This document shows, one piece after another, positions 37,513 through 47,229 of a stretch of DNA of 47,229 nt (position 1 is its first letter; every line of letters starts with the position of its first letter). The notes beneath the pieces were generated by a model. The model worked only from the letters and a program-made list of their open reading frames with translations. It made no database searches and was not told where the DNA came from. This stretch comes from Octopus bimaculoides. Lineage: Eukaryota. The stretch covers positions 52,059,199-52,106,427 of the forward strand of contig NC_068985.1 in the NCBI RefSeq assembly GCF_001194135.2. The letters are read 5' to 3'. The position numbers and the translations under genes are program-made.

Positions 37513-38749
37513 TAGAGCGTCGTACAAAATGCACTGTGAATTTCTTTCTTATTAGTCTTTATATTCTGAGTTCAAATACCAGCGTGGTCAGTTTTGCCTT
37601 TCATTCTTTTGGATCGATAAAATAAAGTAGCAGCCAAATACTGGGATCGAGAGTATCGACTAATTCCCTACTTTGCGTCTAAATCAGAAACACTTATTAA
37701 TGTACCCCTAACTTGTTTATGTCGGTGGGGTTTGATTTGATGAGAGATTATCCTTTGTAGGTCGACCGAACACGTACAGTGGCCTACATTGACTCGTAAT
37801 TGTTGTGGTTGTCGTTGTCGCTGGTGCTGTAATAGCGGTTGTTGTTACTACAGTTTTGTGGTTACTGTATCTCTCTTTGCAGTTGTTAAAAATCCTGGAT
37901 TGTACTATTATTCCCAAATTCGTCGTAAGCTCAGTCGAATTCTGGTTTTGATTTCAGTGTCTCAGAGACCGAACACATCTGCTACAAGGGCTAAATAAAC
38001 TCAAACAAGATCATCTAAAATCTGTAAATTCCTTTGAATACTTCAGAAGTAACATAGCAGCTAGAAAAAAGAGGTAAGAATCAGCTTTGCGAAAGCACAG
38101 GCTATTATTAACGGTTTCAGTATCACCTGGAAGGCAGCACTACCTGATGATTTTAAATGAACTTTCTTCCATGCCACTGTGAAATGAGAGCTAGCGTACT
38201 GTTACACTGCTTGAAGACTTATTAAACATGCAAGGTTTGATAGTATTTATATTCGCATGTCACAAGCCATTATGAATATCCTTTGGGTTAAACATTCGAC
38301 GATACAAAAGCTATAGCAGTTTCCTTAAGGCCACTGATGCCATTAAAAGAGAGCCACATGTGTTTTACAGAACATTACCGGGGAGCCAAGAACAAAATCG
38401 TTAGTAATACATAAATATACACGTTAGCTCTCTGGTATTTAAACCTTTATCATCAACCAGCTGTCTGTTGATATAGTATGTTACCCAGTTGACCTCCAGA
38501 ACACTACGTCAGATGTGTGGCGTGATCCGGTCGGGCTAATCCAAACAAGCTCGAGCAGATGAAAACTTAGACTCAGGTCGGTATTGATTTATTAGATTTA
38601 AGATCAACAGGGTTTCTAAGACGAATTTATCTAGTATTTACTACTAATTTGTTAATATGGTATAGTTGTTGGTGTTTCAATAATGTTTGTGCTGTTAATA
38701 TTTGGTTAATATCAAAATAAAGTGTTATCACCATGGTTATACTTTATAT

Positions 38750-39135
38750 AAAGATGTAGTGATATCAACGTTGTTATCAAAACGAAGTGATGTTAATCAA
38801 TGTTGCAGTTGATATCGTGATGAAAATATATATATATGTTGTTGTTGTTGATATTAGAATGGAATGATATCAACGTTATTGCTATCAAGATAAAGATACT
38901 AAAATGAAATTATACCAATATTGTTGGTAGAAAGATGAAGTGATATCAATGTTAATAGTTGTGATCAAGATGTAGTAATATCAACATAGTTGTTGCTGAT
39001 ATCAAAGTTGATGATATCAGGACGAGATGATATTCATGCTGTTGTTGCAATGAAGATGAAATGATATCGACGTCATTGTTATCAAGATAAAATGATATCA
39101 ATGTTGTTGATAATAAGATAACTGCATTGTTGCTG
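38750..39135. repeat. Degenerate ~30-bp minisatellite built on TGATATCAAYGTTG
   Basis: Repeated AAGAT.AA.TGATATCAA.GTT.TT units. Confidence 0.6.
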
Positions 39136-39341
39136 AATATATTTCTAAATCTTGATGTTTTCTTTTTAAAACTACAACACAAATTTTCATTTTTTCTTTT
39201 AATTTGTAAATTGTGTCCGCTACTAAGTTTCCTGCCAATGGTCAGGGATGAATTGCTGACACTTATTCACGAGATGTATTTGAAAAAATGTTATCCACTC
39301 TTTCGCTATTTAGAAAACTGAAGATGGATGGCATATCGAAA

Positions 39342-39555
39342 TCTTTTATCTTTTACTTGTTTTCAGTCTTTAGACTACAGCCATGCTGGAGGACGGCTTT
39401 GAAGAATTTTTAGTCAAATGTATCGACCCCCACTACCTATTTTGTAAAGCCTGGTACTTATTCTATTGGTCTCATTTGCCTAACCACTAAGTTATGGAGA
39501 CGTAAACACACACTAACGCCGGTTGTCAAGCGATCTTGGAGGATTAACGCAGACA

Positions 39556-39592
<37 letters not shown>

Positions 39593-39748
39593 CACATACA
39601 CACGAGCTTCTTTCAATTTCCGTCTTCCAAATCCATTCTCAAAGCATTGGTCGGACAGAAGCTATAGTAGCAGACACTTGTCCAATGTGCCGAGCACGGA
39701 AACTGTCCCGGAAACATGTGATTGGCAAGCAAGCTTCTAGCCACACAA
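39342..39748 (-). mobile_element. SINE family A, near full length
   Basis: All family A modules in reverse order. Confidence 0.88.
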
Positions 39749-40418
39749 TTTCTAGTATAGGTACAGGGCTAAGCATTTTGCGAAGTGGTCTGTAGGTCAA
39801 TTTCATTGCTCTCAGAAGGCTGAAAGACAAAGATGACGTCAACAGGATATGAACGCAGATCGCAAGGAGCTAAAACAGATAAGAATAACAATTGCTGATA
39901 CTTTGGGTGCGACACCAATAATTTTGAGACAGAAGTCTGTTAATACTATAGACGACAATCTTTGACTAATATTTCATTTTATTATATGTGTGTGTGTATA
40001 CATGTCTGTCGGTATGTTTGTCTGTCTGTCTGTATGAATGTATGTTTGTTTGTATGTATGTCTATGTGTGTATATATGTACGTATGCATGTGTGTATGTC
40101 TGGATGCATGTATGTGTGTATATTTGTATGTACGTATGCATGTGTGCGTGTATGTATGTATGTATGTATGTATGTATGTATGTGTGTGTGTGTCTGTGTG
40201 TGTGTGTGTGCGTGTGCGTGCCTGCGTGCGTGTGTGTGTATTTATATCTACAATTTTCTTTGAGGTCGAAGCATACACCCAAGTGTGTGCATCTGTTCAC
40301 CTAAAGAATCTCAAATGAAGAATTTTTGCAATGTCTTACAAATCTTCACTGTGCCACTAATAGATTGGATTTGAAGAATCTGTTTCAGTTCTGTAAGTTC
40401 TGCATTAATTCGCCATAC

Positions 40419-40449
<31 letters not shown>

Positions 40450-41919
40450 TGTATGCATGTATGTATGTATGTATGTATGTATGCATGTATGTATGTATGT
40501 ATGTATAAATGTATGTATGTATAACTGTATATATGTATGTATGAATTTATTTATGTGTGTGTGTATGCATGTATGCATGCATGTATGTATATATGTATGT
40601 ATGTATTATATATGTATGTATGTATGTATGAATGAATGTATGTATGTATGTATGCATGAATGTATGTATGTATTTATTTGTGTATGTGTGTATGCATGTA
40701 TGCATGTATGTATATATGTATGTATGCATGCACGTATGTATGTGTGTATTATGTATGTATGTATGTATGTATGTATGTATGTATGCGTGTGTGTGTGCAT
40801 GTGCGGCGTGTGTGTACTATTTTATACATCATATTACTACCTGAATGACTAACATAATCTATAGTGCGAGTCTGAGTCAAACGTCTAATATTACTACAAA
40901 TCTAGTTAGGTTCTTTTACTCGAGATAAGCTCCCTGTTTTACCTGCGCTATTTGTCTTCTGTTTGGTGTCTTTAAGCTACTAACCGTCCATTGCAGACAT
41001 CTCTAGACAGCCATACAGCCATCACAATAAGTAAGCATACAATTAAAGAAAAAAATATGATCAAACAAAAACAAACGACAACAACAACAACAATAAAAAT
41101 TTCAAAGGCTTACTGGTCGAATGGCATAGCAAATCAAATCAGTTAAGAACCGAAAGAGACAGGCGGGCATGTTTTTTAAGTGAAGTCTGTCAGTTTAATT
41201 GCTGTGTTAAAATGGTGTAAAATTTGTTAGGCCGACGCGAACATTCTTGTGATGTTTAACCGCTTTGACTTTGTGTCATTGCTAGAAGGTTTCTACAGCG
41301 CCCTCTATTGACAACCTCGAAGATGACGATGATGATTATGATAACCACGACGGTAATGGTAGTGATGATAACGGTGATAATGAGGACGATAACGGCTATG
41401 CTGTTGTTTTTGCTGTTGTTGTTACTGTTAGTGTTACTGTTACTGTTATTGTCCTTCTTGTTGTTCTTGTTATTGTTTCGCTATAGTTGTTGCGGCGGCT
41501 CCTGCTGATGCTGCTCCTGTTGTTGTGGTTGTTGACGTTAATGTTGATGAGGGTCAAACTGCTTAAATGTGACTGAAAGCAACAGGTTACAAAGCGAGAA
41601 CACCACTAACAAACGGCAGACATTCTTCCTGCTTCCCATATACGTGCATATGCATACACATACATACACACTCAAATCTAATTCTCTCTCTCTCTCACAC
41701 TAACTATCTATCTATCTATCTATCTATCTACAAATATATATATTTATACATATGTATTCTTTTATTCTTTTACATGCTTCAGTCATTTGACTGCCCCATG
41801 CTGGAGCACCGCCTTTATACATACATACATACATACATACATACATGCATGCATACATACATACATACATACATGCATGCATACATACATACATACACAC
41901 ACACATATANNNNNNNNNN

Positions 41920-41964
<45 letters not shown>

Positions 41965-41966
<2 letters not shown>

Positions 41967-42694
41967 GGGGTTGGACAAAATAAAGGAAACACCTAGCATC
42001 ATAGCATCATAATTTTAAAATATCTATAAAATTGTCAAAAGCTTGTTTATTTTCATGTTTTTTTTTATTTATTATTAGTATTGCTTAATATGTTTTGCTA
42101 AAATTGCTGCGCCTTTTCGGATATCATTAGGAAAAGGTAATTAAAATTCATTAAAATGACAGATCTATCGGACTTTCAAAGAGGTCAAATTGTTGGTGTT
42201 CATATAGCAGGCGCTAGCATAAAGAAAACAGCCGAAATGTTTGGTGTATCAAGAAGTATTGTCTCGAAAGTAATAACAACCTTTGAGAAAGGGGGAAAAC
42301 GTCCTCGTCGAAACAATACTCCGGAAGAAAACCAAAACTTTCAGAAAGGGACCGTCGGATTCTTACGCGAATTGTTAGAAAGGATCACAAAAGTTCAACT
42401 CCAAAAATTACTGCAGAGCTTAATGACCACCCCGAGAACCCAGTTTCCACAAAAACTGTTCGCCAGGAGCTGCACAAAGCCGGATTTCACGAGAGAGCTG
42501 CAATCAGAAACGTTACGATGCGTTTAGGGTGGAGTAAAATCCTACAGAATTGGTCCCTAGAGCAGTGGAAGAATGTTATTTTCTCGGACGAGTCATCCTT
42601 TACCTGATTTCCGACCACCGGCCGAGTATTTGCTACGTGTGGAGACAGCCAAAAGAAGAGTGCCTTCTTCCAACTGTTAAATATGGAGGAGGAT
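41965..42694 (+). mobile_element. Tc1-family transposon, 5' half, decayed; runs into an 883-N gap
   Basis: TA at 41963-64 then CAGGGGTTGGACAAAATAAAGGAAACACC; MTDLSDFQRGQIVG...FGVSRSIVSKV (paired-like HTH), WKNVIFSDESSF (first D) and CLLPTVKYGGG, with frameshifts and a stop. Confidence 0.92.
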
Positions 42695-43677
42695 NNNNNN
42701 NNNNNNNNNNNNNNNNNNNNNNNNNNNNNNNNNNNNNNNNNNNNNNNNNNNNNNNNNNNNNNNNNNNNNNNNNNNNNNNNNNNNNNNNNNNNNNNNNNNN
42801 NNNNNNNNNNNNNNNNNNNNNNNNNNNNNNNNNNNNNNNNNNNNNNNNNNNNNNNNNNNNNNNNNNNNNNNNNNNNNNNNNNNNNNNNNNNNNNNNNNNN
42901 NNNNNNNNNNNNNNNNNNNNNNNNNNNNNNNNNNNNNNNNNNNNNNNNNNNNNNNNNNNNNNNNNNNNNNNNNNNNNNNNNNNNNNNNNNNNNNNNNNNN
43001 NNNNNNNNNNNNNNNNNNNNNNNNNNNNNNNNNNNNNNNNNNNNNNNNNNNNNNNNNNNNNNNNNNNNNNNNNNNNNNNNNNNNNNNNNNNNNNNNNNNN
43101 NNNNNNNNNNNNNNNNNNNNNNNNNNNNNNNNNNNNNNNNNNNNNNNNNNNNNNNNNNNNNNNNNNNNNNNNNNNNNNNNNNNNNNNNNNNNNNNNNNNN
43201 NNNNNNNNNNNNNNNNNNNNNNNNNNNNNNNNNNNNNNNNNNNNNNNNNNNNNNNNNNNNNNNNNNNNNNNNNNNNNNNNNNNNNNNNNNNNNNNNNNNN
43301 NNNNNNNNNNNNNNNNNNNNNNNNNNNNNNNNNNNNNNNNNNNNNNNNNNNNNNNNNNNNNNNNNNNNNNNNNNNNNNNNNNNNNNNNNNNNNNNNNNNN
43401 NNNNNNNNNNNNNNNNNNNNNNNNNNNNNNNNNNNNNNNNNNNNNNNNNNNNNNNNNNNNNNNNNNNNNNNNNNNNNNNNNNNNNNNNNNNNNNNNNNNN
43501 NNNNNNNNNNNNNNNNNNNNNNNNNNNNNNNNNNNNNNNNNNNNNNNNNNNNNNNNNNNNNNNNNNNNNNNNNNNNNTTAAAGACTCTTCCATCTTTCCT
43601 GGGCGTTAATCTAATACACCTTGTTTGTTGTACCTTCACCTGTTCCTGTCTTATTTTTTGGAGGGAGAATTTTGAAC

Positions 43678-43729
<52 letters not shown>

Positions 43730-43759
43730 CGCACATACATGTACGCACACATGCACACA

Positions 43760-44160
43760 TAAGCGCAGGCATGGTTGTGTGGTAGAAGCTTCCTTCCCTA
43801 CCACATGGTCCGGGGTTCAGTCCCACTGTGTGGCACTTTGGGCAGATGTCTTCTACTATAGCCTCGGGTTGACCAAAGCCTTGTGAGTGGATTTGGTAGA
43901 CGGTTACTGAAAGAAGCCCGTCGTATATGTATATTTTTGTGTGCGTGTCTTTGAATCTGTGTTTGTCCCACTATCTCAGCTTGAAAACGGGTGTTGGTGT
44001 ATTTACGTCCACGTAACGTAGCGGTTCGGCAAAAGACCGGATAGAATAACTACTAGAGGTTTAAAAAATAAGTCCTGTGATTGATTTGTTTCGACTAAAA
44101 CCCTTCAAGGCAGTGCTCCAGCATGGCCGCAGTCAAATGAGTGAAACAAGTAAAAGAAAA

Positions 44161-44165
<5 letters not shown>
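43760..44165 (+). mobile_element. SINE family A, full length
   Basis: Colinear with 35911-36300. Confidence 0.92.
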
Positions 44166-44203
<38 letters not shown>

Positions 44204-44773
44204 TAAAGCCATAAAGCTAGACCCTCTTTGGACGGGAAACTTTAGGTAATCTCATAAACCGTCCTTCCCCATTTTTAATATATACTGCTCTGAATCTTAG
44301 NNNNNNNNNNNNNNNNNNNNNNNNNNNNNNNNNNNNNNNNNNNNNNNNNNNNNNNNNNNNNNNNNNNNNNNNNNNNNNNNNNNNNNNNNNNNNNNNNNNN
44401 NNNNNNNNNNNNNNNNNNNNNNNNNNNNNNNNNNNNNNNNNNNNNNNNNNNNNNNNNNNNNNNNNNNNNNNNNNNNNNNNNNNNNNNNNNNNNNNNNNNN
44501 NNNNNNNNNNNNNNNNNNNNNNNNNNNNNNNNNNNNNNNNNNNNNNNNNNNNNNNNNNNNNNNNNNNNNNNNNNNNNNNNNNNNNNNNNNNNNNNNNNNN
44601 NNNNNNNNNNNNNNNNNNNNNNNNNNNNNNNNNNNNNNNNNNNNNNNNNNNNNNNNNNNNNNNNNNNNNNNNNNNNNNNNNNNNNNNNNNNNNNNNNNNN
44701 NNACGTTCGAAGCCACTGTCAACAATATTCTTTAAATTATAACATTATATTTACTCTCTGGAAGTCTTACCAC

Positions 44774-44806
<33 letters not shown>

Positions 44807-45290
44807 GTCAGGCATGCAGTGACCGACAACAGAATGTTATAGTCGAGTCTATTGTGTGTCTGACAATATACGCCTAGGTTGCGAATGAAAGTGCAAGGGG
44901 CCGTGGCCGTCTGCGTGGTTAATTTTCACTTCAATCAACAAGTGAGCGATAGTTTGACAAGCATCTGTCTTCGAGAATCTTGTCTTTCTCATTTTCGCCT
45001 TCTTTTCGTTGCATAGTATGTCCTTTTAGATTTTGCTAATGGTTTTCGGAAAATTAATGTTAGCAATATTTAAAAAAATACATATCTTTAATGTATAACT
45101 TATGATATACCAGCTGCTCTTCAGTATTTCTCCGTATGGTAATAAACAAATACGACAATTATTATCGATTTTGTCGTACATTTCTTAATATTGTCACAGT
45201 CACACTATTTCAATTGGGCGGCGTTTGGGTTTCAGTTTATTAGAGGCTGCCACATCATTAGCAGAAATACGGTACATATATAAAATATTA

Positions 45291-46072
45291 CAAGCGTTGC
45301 CTTAAAAAGTACGAAACTAGAACTGAAAAATTCGCACGTCCAAAAGGGTTACAGAATGTCATAATAAACCTTAAAAAGTATGGGACTAGCATCGTTGCCC
45401 AAAAATATTGGACTCACTATATTTTATACATTGTATGGCATCTTTTTATTACAAGAAATTCGTTTAGTTCATCAAAAGTAAGTTATATCAAAAATTAAGT
45501 AAAATTATCGTATAATCAGTTTCAACAAAACAATTGTGTACAAATACTAATGTTATCTTTACACAATAATTTAATATATGAATGATAATTTTTATAAATT
45601 TACATGTAATCAGTCAAAAATAATTTAGTAATATTTTATTTAATTTACGTAATTATTCCATTAATATCTGTATCATAATGCAAATTATCTTTGCTCAGTA
45701 TTTCGGTTTTGTACTTTCATATATTCGACTTCATCATAAATCCACTTTTTTTTATTATCATGGTAATTTGCATGCAGTGTGAAATATGTTTTTTTTTTAT
45801 ATACTTTCGCATGAAGAGAATTATAATAAATTTACTTATTCTAAGTTAAAGATCATATTTTGTACATTTTCAAATTTTTATATTAAGAACTCGGTTCAAT
45901 AATTATCGTGACATCATAATTCACACATGAGTCTCTTTTCGTTTTAAGATGTCACAGAATGTACAATATAGTGATTCCAATGTTTTTGATCAACAATGCT
46001 AGTCCCATATCTTTTAAGGCTTATTTTTACATTCTGCAACCCTTTTGAGCATGCACAATTTTCAGTTTTAGT
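45291..46072. mobile_element. MITE with ~128-bp TIRs and an internal direct repeat (IR/DR-like); right end clipped
   Basis: 45316-~45445 is inverse to ~45945-46072; TA at 45289-90; CCTTAAAAAGTA.G..ACTAG at 45300-20 and 45369-89 (18/21). Confidence 0.8.
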
Positions 46073-46171
46073 ATATATATATGTGTGTGTGTGTATGTGT
46101 ATACAGGAGATGGATTCCACAAGGTAATGACAGGCTATAAGAGAGATTTGTCGTTTGTACTCTGTGTAAGT

Positions 46172-46268
<97 letters not shown>

Positions 46269-46270
46269 TA

Positions 46271-46625
46271 CAAATGAATAACAAACGACAGATAAGTGTC
46301 ACTTCATTACAGCCGTTTCAAACGATTTTTAAAAAATAAATTAATAAGTACATCACATCATAGCAACAAAAAATAAAATAAAATAAAATGCTTTCTTCAG
46401 TTTATACATAATATTTCAAACAATATGAGAACAATACTTAACCACAGTAGGTGAACCATAACTGGTTCCTGCTGTGTTGTTCTGATATTGTTTGAAATAT
46501 TATGTATCATCTGAAGAAAGCGTTTTTTTGTTATGATGTAATGTACTCATTAATCTATTAAACAATTCGTTGTAATGAAACAGTTGTAATGAAGTGACAC
46601 TTATCCATCGTTTGTTATTTATTTG
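46271..46625. mobile_element. 355-bp MITE with ~45-50-bp TIRs
   Basis: CAAATGAATAACAAACGACAGATAAGTGTCACTTCATTACAG vs inverse CAAATAAATAACAAACGATGGATAAGTGTCACTTCATTACAA; TA on the left flank, TT on the right. Confidence 0.8.
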
Positions 46626-47229
46626 TTCCTAATACACTTCACTGGAATCTCGACTCGTTGGACATTCTGGTGTAACCAAATACCGTACGACCAGTACAAC
46701 GTACGGTTTTGGATTAGCCCGTAAACTAATAAAATACTTATAAGGGTTAAATTTCTTGTGAATATAACCTGAATATTTCACTGGATTTACTTTGATACAC
46801 ATGATATTTATTCGACTAAATGTGCAGTTTACAAGTTAATTCGACCCAAACTTGTGCCTGTCATTTAAGTACCTGATTCATATGAATCCTTACCCTGATA
46901 TGCACCTATACATACAGGTGGATGTCGGTATGCACATACCTGTACGTATATATGCATATACTCATTTACTATTTGTTTTTACATGACCGAACGCAGCGTC
47001 ACCAATCTTTAAGTAGTTTTCGCAACTTTATATTTTCCGACGCTACTCTATCTCTTTCTCTTTCTCTTCCTCTTCATTTTTCCCCCTCTGTTTACTACTA
47101 CGTATCTCTCTTTACCACTCTCGTTCTTCCTCTGTTACTACTACGTATCTCCTTTTTCCCCCTCGTACTTCCTCTCTTCCTCTTTTCCTCTCGTTGCTCA
47201 CCTATTCTTCTACTTCCTCCCTTTGTTTC

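Noticed and set aside
38180-38480. Possible RT remnant (SVLL..DFIK...FDSI)
   Set aside because: Needs frameshifts and matches few residues of the VDFxKAFDS motif; needs an HMM search.
39314-39354. AAAA|CTGAAGA...GAT/ATC|GAAA...ATC|TTTT hammerhead-like match
   Set aside because: A/U-only helices, two extra bases, and the 3' half is the SINE A tail, so it is a junction coincidence; shows that chance hits occur here.
46875-46959. 14-bp palindrome and 22-bp pre-miRNA-like hairpin (46898-46959)
   Set aside because: Built from TA/CA/TG microsatellite-like sequence that self-pairs readily; no independent support.

Overview
Repeat-saturated eukaryotic DNA, about 11-12% of which is N (18 gaps, ~5.5 kb, most flanked by microsatellites, typical of a short-read scaffold). 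The SINE families look like those I recall from Octopus; this assignment is inference, not a database result. No host protein-coding gene, tRNA, rRNA or CRISPR array can be supported, and most long ORFs in the track are microsatellite or N artefacts. Supported content: (i) about 25 copies or fragments of four SINE-like families (A: tRNA head + CORE-like segment + internal microsatellite; B: Nin/Deu-like domain; C: (AAC)n-tailed; D: tRNA-Arg-like head, two full copies with TSDs); (ii) decayed DNA transposons: two mariner, two DD37D/maT-type internal-deletion derivatives, one Tc1, several MITE-like inverted-repeat elements; (iii) RTE and probable CR1-like LINE 3' remnants; (iv) many micro- and minisatellites. 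The most interesting signal is a set of hammerhead-ribozyme-like motifs. Two sit in long inverted-repeat pairs (1-539 and 13535-13998) whose ribozyme-sense strands point outward, and two are solo (27850-27885, 8826-8866). All have an extra A after the CUGANGA-like core, as expected for Penelope-like element (PLE) terminal repeats. Catalytic activity is untested, and a few weak micro-exon candidates are listed only as hypotheses.
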